A DNA stretch of 42,525 bases from Hyphochytrium catenoides (lineage: Eukaryota; Protista; Hyphochytriomycota): assembly GCA_900088475.1 (NCBI GenBank), contig FLMG01002017.1, positions 1 to 42,525 on the forward strand, read 5' to 3'. Every line of letters begins with the position of its first letter. The first letter of the stretch is position 1. Shown piece after piece: positions 23,770 to 34,305 of the stretch. The notes under the pieces were generated by a model. It had not been told where the DNA came from. It saw only the letters and a program-made list of their open reading frames with translations, and did no database searches. The translations under genes were made by a program, and so were the position numbers.

Positions 23770-25734
23770 TTCTCTCTGTCTCTCTTTTTCTCTCTGTCTC
23801 TCTCTTTTGTTGACGTTCATTGGGTCTATCACTGTGTGGCTAGGCCATTCATAGACTCTCCCATCCACTCTCCTCAGCTCCCAAACGATCAGTCCCTAGC
23901 AGTATCATTTAAGCCTTTTCTACCTTATTATGCGTGCAGGCTCTGTACGGGTCGACTCTGGCAAATGTGACGGCTTCCAAGATTCTTTCTGCCACCTCTT
24001 CTCCCTTGACACCCTTGTAAGACAGTTGGTGCAAGGGGACACAGAAGCAGGCTGAGGCCCGCCTCTCAGGCGACAGATTGGTCAATATTCTCAGTCCACA
24101 GCGGCCGCCCGTAAGCTCAGCAAGCAGGGGACTGATCCCTAAGGAAGGCAAATGAGCCTTCTTGCCAAGCAGAGCCGGAAGGGAGGAGAGGCCCACTCTA
24201 GACTTGAAACCCAGATCAACAAGAAGAAGAAGAAGAAGAAAAGATAGAGACCAAAACTTGGAGGGCGCAGTGAACAAGGTGTAAGAAGTGCTTCGGAAAG
24301 GAAGACAAAGACCAGGACCAGGGAGGAAGAGAGAGTAGAGACAGGGAGAGAACAGCAATCTCTGACCCTCCGCCACTGTGTTAACCACGTTGGCTCCCAT
24401 GGCCTCACACACGTCCACGTCCAAATGCACCACAAGGAGCCCTTCTAACGCTTGCCCTTGGCAGAGTCCGTCTTCTTGTCTAGTTCGAGGATGCAGGCAA
24501 GGGTCACAAGGCTCAGCTTTCTGACCCTCGAGCCCTCAATGACTGTTATCTTTCAAGTAAAGAGGCTGCTCCGTGCTGTCTGGGTTTTCCCTTTTCCAAT
24601 CCTCTCCTTGTCCACTTTCTTTCACTCTCCGCGACGTAAACCGTCCCATGGCGCAATCCTAAATCCCTGCTGCCTACCTACTGGCTCTCGTCTACATGGC
24701 CATCTCAACCACTCGCCGGGACTCTCTTCGTTTTGATTCATGTCTAACTGCCACTCTTAGTTTCTGTTAGGTTCAACCACGTGGCTCACCTTGGAGGGTA
24801 CCAGGTCGGGTCCGTCTCTGAGACCACGCGTGCGTAACAGTCACGTACCCCTCCTCCTCTTCTCTTCATACTTAGGCAGAAGGTGTCCGCCGTCTCAATG
24901 ATCTCTGTCTTGCTCTTCTTCAGTGAAAGAAGCGCCTCTGACAGTGATGGAACATCTAGAATGTGCACCTGAGCCGTCATTATATTCCCGCTGTAGCTGG
25001 TACGGAACCCTCCGCTGCCAGCAATGAGCTTGGCTCCACCAGAGGCCGCGGCAATGACGGAAGGCTCCTCAATGGCCATAGGCACCACCTTATGCACTCC
25101 GTCAATCACGAAGTTCAGTCCTAGGCTGAAGGGAACAAAGGCCGATAGCGCGAGATAAAATGGGCACAGGAGAGGGAAAACGTATGAGCGGGAAGGGGGA
25201 GACGCAGGCGATTGTCAGAAGTGTACGCAGTCCGACGCTCTATCTTCTTCAAAACAGAGGTGGAAGGGCAAAATGCCACAGACAGAGGACCAGCTCACCC
25301 TAAGCTTGGTCCGGCTTAGCTTAGGATAGAGATGCAACGCTCCAGGCAATAAGGGCAGAGAATGTGATAAAACCACTGTTCGTAAAAAAAGAGGACATAC
25401 TCTAGGAGAGGAGTACGGAGAGAGACAGCAAGCGCTCTCGATAAGGGACTATGTAGTTGAGAGAGAAGACAGAGCACCAACCCGACAGGCACTCCTAGCA
25501 CTCCGATGCAGTTCTCCACCATCAGGTTCGCCAGTTTGACTGGAAGGCTGAAGAGATTCTCCTGGCCATCCGTCGAGCCCAGGGGCCGACTCAGGGGGCT
25601 CGAAGGGGGTGACCCCACTGCAAAGGGGACCAAGGGTTACTGAGAGCCGGAGCAATGGCAGATTGAGAGAAGAAGAAGAAGGTGAGAGAAAGAGGCCGTC
25701 GCTATGCGAGGACTAGCTTGGTCAGGGGAGCGAA

Positions 25735-25765
<31 letters not shown>

Positions 25766-26294
25766 AGAAGAAGAAGAAGAAGAAGCAATATGTGCATTTT
25801 ACGGAGAAAGAAGTAGAGACAAGTTTCCCAAGAGCCAAATGACCTGTGGGGCTTTGCTTCGTCTCTGGTCGGGCCGCTGCCTTGAAAATATTAGGTCGGA
25901 CGAATGAGAGCAAATCCAGTCGCTCGTGGTAGGTTTTATTATAAAAGCCGGACCACAGCCGCCGCTCCTCCTGCAGATCGGACGAGGCAGGACCGGACGT
26001 GGACTGCCGAGGCTCTCTGTCATGCTCTATGTGAGGGTTGGGCTGAGAAGTGTCATTGGAAGGCTTTCGGGAGTGAAACGAGTGAGCTACGGCCTGGCAT
26101 TTGGACAAGTTGGAGGTCAGCTCGGTCAGGACACGCCGGAGCTCCTCCTGTGGCCCTGAAGGGAGCAGGCTGATGTCCTGCCTGCCCTTAGCAGCGGTCA
26201 GGAAGCGACCGGTGCAGCGAAGCAGGTCTTGAGAGGCCAGAAGGAGCTCAAAGCCGTCATACAACGGCTCTGACTCTGCACAATAGCTCATCAT
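20148..26294 (-). CDS. HMGR: Class II (bacterial MvaA-type) HMG-CoA reductase with a ~110-aa N-terminal extension and a ~376-aa C-terminal extra domain, 13 exons, ~973 aa
   Basis: Exons 26294-25844, 25617-25482, 25125-24790, 24479-24367, 24138-23924, 23542-23347, 23058-22909, 22482-22289, 21996-21835, 21577-21449, 21200-20961, 20838-20681 and 20589-20148 are all GT-AG, phase-consistent and sum to 2,922 nt. Class II motifs: SGFYNK..HERL, MVENCIG, PMAIEEPSVIAAAS (catalytic Glu), RRGGG, EAMGANVVNT, RACTHNKGIMNGIDAV..ATGQDFRA (Lys, Asp), GLAQNFAAVRALAITGIQSGHMTLHARN (His). Confidence 0.9.
23712..23806. repeat. (CT)n microsatellite in an HMGR intron
   Basis: Direct reading. Similar (GA)n/(CT)n runs occur at ~22810-22850, ~25730-25785 and ~30720-30820. 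Confidence 0.9.
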
Positions 26295-26784
26295 CGTGCG
26301 CCAGGGCCCAGACCCTGCCTCATAGGGGGACGGAGGAGATCTGCCGTCGGTCTCCTCCCAGCTCCTTTGTCGTTCGTGCTGCGGCTTCCAGCTGGACGGA
26401 GAGTTCTAGCACCTAACAATCCTCCGAGGGAACAACTTTTGGTCCACTTGGTCCGTCTTCTGGTCCTGCTGCTGCCTCTTCCTCTCGATCAACAGCTGAT
26501 GCTCCCTAGTAGCTCCTCGTTGAGAGTGTAACAAAGGCTGAGGCGTCTCGCTCCAACTCTGTTTCGTCTTGGCCTCCAGCCCAATGACCTAGCCTTTCGT
26601 CTCCAGATCTCGACTCCTATCTCCACGTCCCCTAGTCTCCCAGTCTCTGGGCTCCACTCTCTGCTCTGCGATCTCCTGCCTCCAGTCTTCAGTCTCCAGT
26701 CTCCAGAGCTCGGCCATCGAACGAGACTCGCGGACCTTCAATCAGAAGCTCTGACATCGCCACTCTCACTCGCAGTAACGGCCA

Positions 26785-26816
26785 GGTACCGGCTCTTTAG
26801 GAGCCGGTACCGGCTC
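26785..26816. promoter_or_regulatory. Overlapping inverted repeat and palindrome in the divergent HMGR/PPCDC promoter region
   Basis: GGTACCGGCTC-tttag-GAGCCGGTACC has 11-bp perfect arms (26785-26811). It overlaps the perfect 16-bp palindrome GAGCCGGTACCGGCTC (26801-26816). A regulatory role is inferred only from position. Confidence 0.4.
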
Positions 26817-26999
26817 TATTGCCGCGCTCTTCTGTTCTCTGTTGGGAATAAAATCTCTTGATAAATCTTCATCTGCAGACAGGACAGGACAGGCAATGAA
26901 AGCTTGTCAGTCATCTTTAGAGAAGCACGGACGAGAAGCTTTCAGGAAGGCTAGGGCTCAAAAGGGACAACGTTTAATCTTTGCTCAGCTTCCTTCAAT

Positions 27000-27879
27000 A
27001 TGGACGGTCAAAGTGGTAGTCATGGCCACGGCGAAAGCCGGAAGTTCCACGTTCTTCTGGCAGCTTCAGGCAGCGTCGCGACTGTGAAAGTCCCTGAGCT
27101 GGCGACCAGACTGTCTCAAGAGCTTCATGTGGACGTAAAGATCATTCTTACTACTGCTGCAGAGCACTTTTTCAAGCTTGCCGAGCGCTATAACCCTGCG
27201 GTGCAAGAAGAATTTGTCAACCTTGAGCCTGCTCCCGCTGTGATCACGGACAAAGACGAGTGGGACGCGTGGAGCAGCGTTGGAGATCCTGTGGTACACA
27301 TCCAGGTAGGAAGGCAGAGGCTACTGAAAGCGTCACACGGCTGTCCCCTCCTCGTGACAGAGAGCTCTGTTATAGCTTAGGGATTGGGCTGATCTGCTTC
27401 TCATCGCTCCTCTCTCGGCCAACACGCTTGCGAAGATGGCGAACGGACTTTGTGACAACCTTCTGGTGAGCAAGCTTAAGGGCTATGTCATGGCCACCTC
27501 TCTCTATTATCATCACCCGGCGCGGATCATCTGACTTCTGCCTCCTTCCTCTCTCCCATTCCTTTCCCTCCCCACAGACTTGCGTGGTACGCGCTTGGGA
27601 CGTAAGGAAGCCGCTGGTGCTGGCTCCGGCGATGAACACTGCGATGTGGGACCACCCGCTGACGGCGCGGCACCTGCAATCTCTCACTGAGCTCTGCCCG
27701 CGCCTCCACATTGTTGACCCTATCGCCAAGAAGCTGGCCTGCGGAGATGTTGGTAAGCCCAGTAGCTGCGCTGAGGATATCAGAGGACAGAAATGTGACC
27801 CTGACTTCCACTGCCAGGAAAAGGAGGCTTGGCTGAGGTCTCAACAATCGTAGAAACTGTTAGAAGCGCGCTGAGCTGA
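27000..27879 (+). CDS. PPCDC: Phosphopantothenoylcysteine decarboxylase (HFCD flavoprotein, Hal3/CoaC family), 4 exons
   Basis: Exons 27000-27305, 27376-27465, 27578-27752 and 27818-27879. Motifs: VLLAASGSVATVK, DEW..W...GDPVVHIQLRDWAD (catalytic His), APLSANTLAKMANGLCDNLLTCVVRAWD, APAMNTAMWDHP, KKLACGDVGKGGLAE (catalytic Cys). Confidence 0.95.
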
Positions 27880-27925
27880 GGGAAAGCCTTCTTCTCTCTC
27901 TTCCGCCCCCAGAAGTGCCACGACT

Positions 27926-30014
27926 TCACTTCTGATCTTCATAACCCTCAGGATGGAGGAGAGGCGGAGGAAGAGGATCAACGACGAAGGTTTTCGAGGC
28001 TGAAGGGAAGGCTTTGGAGCGCACAGAGTAGGAGAAGGTCCAGCCATAGCCTGCCGCTCCATAGTTCCCTCTGTTGTCCGCACATACAAGCCCGCCTTTG
28101 AAGGAAGGGACAAGTTTGGCGATACGCAACAGCGCACTCCTGCAAGCTTCTTCCGGCTGCAGTCCAGAGTTATCCTTAGCTGGTCAGGCGAGAGGGAAAC
28201 AGGAAGTATAGAAGAGAGAGAGAAGCAGAGGCGCACCTAACGGTTGAACCGCCATAGAAAGGAGGAGGAGAGATGGAAGTGGGAGAGAGAAAAAGAGAGA
28301 GAGAGGGAGACACGTCATCAAGAACAATAAGGTAGGCGGCGTACCGTCATTCCTTGCCTCATATTCTCCACTGCCTGCTCGGACATATTAGGATAAGCAT
28401 CGTTAATAGAGCGCTGTCCCAGGTGGTGTTTGGCCCCACCTCTCTCTACCTCTCTCTCTCTTTCTTTCTCACCTGATACGACGGCAAGAAGCGCATCATC
28501 ACATCTCCGTCGCCTGTGGCGGCAGCTCCTCCGACTTCATTGTCCACATAGCAACCAGAGCCCGGAATGGGAGAGTCTCCGACCCGCCTTTGTTGAAAGA
28601 CAGAGTAACAGTGTTGAACAGCCTGCTCAGAAGAGGAGAGAGAGACACACAAAGGAGAACGAGAAAAAGTGGACGGCCGTACCCCGCAATCTTATGGTTG
28701 GCGCCATTGCTGCTTGTTCCTCCTGTCTCAGTCAGCGGCTCAGAGAGGTCTGTCACCCAGCCCTGGCAGAGATGTTAGCCGCTTACCTGCGACGTTGCCC
28801 TCTGCGTCCACAATTACCTGCAAGGGCAGAGAGCGGAAGAGCTTTAGAGCTACGAAGAAGGCAGTGTCAATCATCAGCAGGGAAGAGCGTGAGGATCAAA
28901 GGCGATCCTTCCTGTCCACGGGACACGAGGTCTCTTACCATTCCAACCGTATCATGGTTCATCTCGCTCGTCTCCTGCCCTAGTCCTTGAGCAACTTCTC
29001 GCGGCTGGTCTGTCCTTGTCACGGTGTACGGCGGGCAGCTGCTGCTCTGGTTAATGAAATCTCTATAATAGTTCGGCTGACAGTGCCGTGCCCGCCACTG
29101 CTCAAAGTCTCCTATAGACTTCGACGTGGACAGAGACTCTTCAGGAAAGCCTAACATGCGTGCGAAGGACGTGGCGCCCTCTCCGACCAGCAAACTGTGG
29201 GCAGAGTGGTCCATCACTGCCCGCGCCACCTGCCCCGGCAGGGGATGGACAAGAGAAAAAGACAGAAAGAGCATAGTAATAAGACAGGGACCGAGGGAGA
29301 AAGAGAGAAGCAAAGGAAGAAAGAGACCTTGATGGCATCCTTAATCCTCCTCAAATAGGCTACGGCGCCGACGGCGTGTGTGCGTCCGTCCATAATCATC
29401 GCGTCCAGCGTCGTCTCTCCTAACGTGTCTGGACTGCCGCCGAACCCTACTGTCCCGTCGCACTGGTCTCGCTAGGAGAGAAACGGAATCGAGAGTAAGC
29501 GCGCGAGAGAGAGAGACAGGGAGAGAGGAGAAGCTAGTGAATGACAGGAGGAGCTAATGAGGAGGTAGTGACAGAAGTAGAGGAGAGACAAAGGAAAGAT
29601 AGGGCTCATACCTCACACTGACTGCAGCCTGATCCCCGAAGCGAGGCGGAGAGACAAAGAGTTAGAAGAACAAGAGCGGCAGACAGAGAGAGAGAGAAAA
29701 GAAGAATGGGAAGACAAGGTCAGTGGGGCAGCACGGTTAGGAAACACCCTAAGAGACAAGAGGACTGTGCCAGCAAAAGCGGTGGCAAATACAGTCAGAG
29801 AAGAAGAGAGAGAAGGAGGTGGGAAAAGGGAAGAGAGTGAAAGTCGAGACAGAGGGAAAGAGAAGAGAGAGAGAGAGANNNNNNNNNNNNNNNNNNNNNN
29901 NNNNNNNNNNNNNNNNNNNNNNNNNNNNNNNGTCCCGCTGCTCTCCCACAAGCTGCAGAAGAAAAGGGAGTTAGAAAGAGGCTGTCAGCGGCTATCTGCA
30001 TAAAAATTGAAGGA

Positions 30015-30051
<37 letters not shown>

Positions 30052-30365
30052 GAGACAGACAGACAGAGAGAGAGAGAGGAGAAGGAGGGAGGAAGGGAGA
30101 GAAGGTGTGGAAGGAGATACAGAACCGTTCTCCACGCCGCATCTGTCGCATCTGTGAACTTCCACGTGTTGATCACCAGCGGGAGGACGGCGCTGTTTTT
30201 TGTTTCTCTCTTCTCTTGCAAGTCACTGGCAGGGATGTAGACCAAAGCAGGGCTAGTTCTCTCTCTCTCCCCTCCGGGCGCAGAAGGAGCGGCGCTGCAC
30301 TGACTGAGAATAGAGAGCAAGGAAAGGAAGAGGAAGAGGATGGCGGTCAGCGCTCTAGGTGCCAT
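27926..30365 (-). CDS. AGA: N(4)-(beta-N-acetylglucosaminyl)-L-asparaginase (glycosylasparaginase, Ntn hydrolase), multi-exon, with signal peptide
   Basis: Hydrophobic N-terminus [25 protein letters not shown]. Motifs: [18 protein letters not shown]; [33 protein letters not shown]; [14 protein letters not shown]; [11 protein letters not shown]; CQPNYY; autocleavage site HDTVGM; [23 protein letters not shown]...[24 protein letters not shown]. Part of exon 2 lies in the N gap 29879-29931. Confidence 0.93.
30016..30080. repeat. Compound (GA)n/(GACA)n microsatellite
   Basis: gagagagagagacagacagacagacagacagacagagagacagacagacagagagagagagag in an AGA intron. Confidence 0.9.
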
Positions 30366-30875
30366 GACGCCTTCTTCCTCCTTCCTCCTAAGGGTTGGGC
30401 ACGTCCTCCTCCGCGAGAGCCTAAGGATCAAAGGAGGCTAGGTGAGGGACAGACAGACAGCGCGGAGCAAGGGAGACGGACACCAGAAGAGGAGAGACAC
30501 CAAGAAGAGAGGAAGAAGAGAGAGAGACAGAGAGAAAGAGAGAAAGAAAAGGACTGAAAGCAAAGGAGGGTCGAGAGAGAAAGAGAGGCACTGGAAGCGA
30601 GATGCACGGTGAGGGGGTAGCGAGAGTTCGTGCAGTAGGAGAGTCGGGAGGGTTGAGGACTGAGGACAGGACCTTCTTGACAACTTGGGGGAGAGATACC
30701 AGTGCCGACAGACAGACAGAGAATTCAGCGCAGGAGAATGTAGAGAAACAGAGAGAGAGAAAGAGAGAGAGAGAAACAGAGAGAGAGAAGCTGAGAGAGG
30801 AAGAGAGACTGAGAGAGAGAGGGCTGGGTGGTAGATTCGGGGCGAGGATTCGACCAGGTTGAAGTTTCATAATAG

Positions 30876-30929
30876 CCGCTAACGGTATTATAGCTAAGAG
30901 CCATATTCTATGGCTCTAGCCGCTAACGG
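30876..30929. promoter_or_regulatory. Two CCGCTAACGG motifs flanking a 9-bp-arm hairpin upstream of AGA
   Basis: CCGCTAACGG at 30876-30885 and 30920-30929. Between them lies AGAGCCATA-ttc-TATGGCTCT (30897-30917). Confidence 0.45.
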
Positions 30930-31259
30930 CAGTCCCAGGCCGCTGCTGCCACTAATAAAGGACTAAAGGACAACAATAATGAGGACGATAAATATAGAAC
31001 TAATAGGGACGCTCCTTCGCGGCTGAGGAAAACGCTGAACTCCAAAACCCGCTTCTCCCTCTTCAGCGGCGAGGCAGGACATGGAGATGGCGGCTGAGAG
31101 AGGACTAGGGCCCGCCTAATAATGTCTGCCAGCCTTGCCGATAGGGCGCTTGACACGGATGACAGAACGGTAGCAGAACACTATATAGAGGGAAAACCGA
31201 GGAAGCGAAGGGATAAAGAGTCCCAATTAGATAGGGAGGGAACAAACCAATATCCACCA

Positions 31260-33342
31260 TCACCCTGTTTCCCCGTTCAGTAGACTCTCCTTCAGCTCCG
31301 CTACTACTTCCTCCTCTCCAGCTCTCAATATGTCCAGGTTACTACCAATGACATGCAGTTCCTTCCCTCGGCCAAGCTTCTCCAGCTGCTTCTCCCTTGA
31401 CGCGATACGCCACAGGAGCCCGTAACGACTTGGATCGGCCAAGGAGGCCTCTTCTTCTGCTCCAGCCTTGTCCTTGTGTCTGAAAAGGAACAGGATCCCA
31501 AGGATAACGAGAAGGAGTGAGAAAGGATAGAGGACCCAGTCCGAGGCAGAGAACTCTCTCGATGCCTCGTAAAACACGATCCCGCCTATGACGCTGAAGC
31601 TGATCCAAAAGGCTTGGAAGACAGGGTAGACCGTCATCCCGTCGCCCAGCGCCATCGCTTGATTAAGAAGATGCGTTTGTGTGAGGACGGTGCCAATCAT
31701 GGCCAGGAGGAAGGCGTAAGATAGAGGATGGTTGAACTGGTTCTCCCCTTCCAAGGTCTTTGCCACCAGCATCGCGCTGATCTTGGCCAGCAAGACGGAA
31801 GTTGCACCGACGACGCCTGCAAGGGACAAAGTAGACACTCAGTGTATTGCTAAAGAGCGAGACTTTTAGTGTGAGAAGGAGTAATCGGTAACAATCAATA
31901 GAGAAGAGAAGAGTTGTTTAAGCTCCAGTGGAGGGAGGGAAGGGACCATCACAGATTTAAAGAGACCTTAAAAGGCCCAAAGAAGAGTCTCGTCATACCT
32001 GCGACGGCTGCATAAAGGTAGGGAACGTGATCTTGAGACTTCTTCATTGCCTCAAAGGCAAGCTCTCTCGCCTCCAAGAGCTCCATCCGGATCAGCCAGT
32101 CCAGGTCCTCATCCTCCTCTCCTCCCTCCTCATTCAGAGGTGTAGGGCGCTTGGATGTCTCTCGCTCCAGAAGGAGAAGACGCGCTTCTAAGAGGCGAAG
32201 ACGGGTCTCCAGGCGCTGTTAAAAAGAGAGGAAAGGGGTTAGCCGCGGAACCCAACGATAGATAGTGATTGTTAGTCAAGAGAGTCTGATGAGGTACGAG
32301 AGCAGCGTAGCAGTCGATGGGAAAGAGAGTGTGGGAGGGAAGGCGCAGATAGAGGCAGACTGGCAAGAATTCAAGAGGTTCGAAGAGAGAGAAAGCGAAG
32401 AGATAACACCACCTTGATGTGCTTCCTGTGACTAAACGTTGTCTCCAAGAGATACTTCTTCATCCGATTGGCTGCCGAGCCGCTGATCGTCGTCAGGAGA
32501 GCGATTGTGGAGAGTAATAGGATGGCGATATAGTAGACAAACCCTGAAGAGACGGGAGGACAAAGAAAAAAGAGAGAGAGAGAGAAAGAGAGAGAGAGGG
32601 AGAAGGGCAAGAGAGGAAAGCCTGTCAGCTCACTACATAGCACAGCAGCTTGTCTGGGCCTTCCCATCTCCTCTCCATCAACTCTGTCATTTCGTTTACT
32701 CTTTCTCCTCTGCCGTTTCTTCCCTCTCTCCCTCTCACCTGGACGAGTGAACCTCTTCTCGAGCTCTGATAGCGCTAACGGCTCATCAGGCTTTGAGATG
32801 AGCGCGACCAGCACCACTCCGCCCGTCACAAAGGCCACACCTACAAGGTCGGTCTGCCAAGGGGACAGAACAAGCAAAAGCGAGATAAGCGACGGACAAT
32901 GGTGAATTGGTCACACGTGACGAGCTTTTTATGTAGGAGAAAGGCGTGGCAGCGTTCGTTAAAGGGCAGAGAGAAAATGCAGGGACAGGGGCAAGAAGAC
33001 GTCTAGCGAGAGACAGCAAAGTCCTACCACGAAGATCCTCTCTCCGTTGAAGAAGTGGGCAAGGAAGACATTGGCCACCAGCGTGGAGCCGCCGCCCAGA
33101 GCGGCCACAAGTGCCTGGGGCGCAAATCCCAATGCAGCAAAGTCGCCCAGACTGCCGGCGATGATCAGGAAAAGTCCGAACCACCAGAGTGGGCGCCAAA
33201 CGTAGGCAGTGCGCTGCGAAGGGTGCCGCGCCTCGTCCTCGTTGTGAGAATATTTCTGCACGTTGACACCCAGGTTGGAGATGATCGAGGAGGCGACGGC
33301 CAAGGCCGCGCCGATGGCCTGTCCTGTGGAAGACGGCGCCAT
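31260..33342 (-). CDS. NIPA-family (DMT superfamily) magnesium transporter, 5 exons
   Basis: Motifs: GAALAVASSIISNLGVNVQKYSH; YVWRPLWWFGLFLIIAGSLGDFAALGFAPQALVAALGG..LVANVFLAHFFNGE; GATSVLLAK; QTHLLNQAMALGDGMTVYPVFQAFWISFSVIGGIVFY. About 9 hydrophobic segments. The start is taken at MAPSST (33342), although the frame is open further upstream. Confidence 0.9.
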
Positions 33343-34305
33343 CGGGGCAGTTGACTCTCCGTCTAGGGCTCCTCCTAGAGCATAGTTCCTCGGCGTGAGT
33401 CGTTGCTGGCAGCGAGAGGAATCTTCGTTGTTAAGAGAGGCCACAGGGCCGCCGTCTCCGCTGGGGTGTCGAGCATAGACCTGGCTGCCCGGTGTGGCAG
33501 AGAAGCACCTTGGCTGGGAATCCTCGCTTCCTTTTCTTGCCTGGCTCTTTCTCGTGTTGCAAGATAAGCCGTTTGCTCAGTGAGGACACTGCTCTCAAGA
33601 GCCAGCCGCCGCAGCTGGAAGGATTCCGTCACAGACGCTGCCGCTCTATAAGCACGGGGCAGGCAGGCAGACAGGTGCGAAGTGCTACAAGGGGAGCCGC
33701 GCCGAGAACAGGCACTGATAGATCTCTAGAAAGACGCCAGAGAAAAGGAAGAGAAAGCGCGGCGCCAAAGGACCGCTAACGGTAGCTGTGGGACTTCAAG
33801 GAGACAGGAGAGAATGGAGCTTCGCATTGTCTCTGACAAAGTACTTGTAGTGCTTCCTACGTGACGCCAGGCGCCAGGGATGCCCAGGACGAGGACGGAC
33901 AGCGCCGGAGCTGAACGCCGCTACCACTGGTGAAGAGGAGGAGCTCAGCAGCAGCTGTGATAGCAGCAGAGCCTCATTCTTCCTCGCTCCGGGTATGGTA
34001 GGGGCCGCAGGATGCCGGAAGAGGTTATAACTCTTAGTGGTCCTATAAGAGCGCTGTGGTCCTTAGCATGACCTGGCTATCTCCGCAGCATTGAACATAG
34101 ATTATAGCGCACCTTTATCTTTATCTATGAACAAACCTAACCTTAAGCTCTTCAAGCCCGGCTTGCCCAACTGGCGTACACATCTCTTTCAGCTCGACAT
34201 AGTACTGATTGAATCTTAGGCATCTAAGAGAGAGAGATGCAAGCGCAGCTGTCCTCCTAACGCGCAGTGGCGGGCCGTACGCCATCCGTCCAGCTACTCC
34301 TGAGG

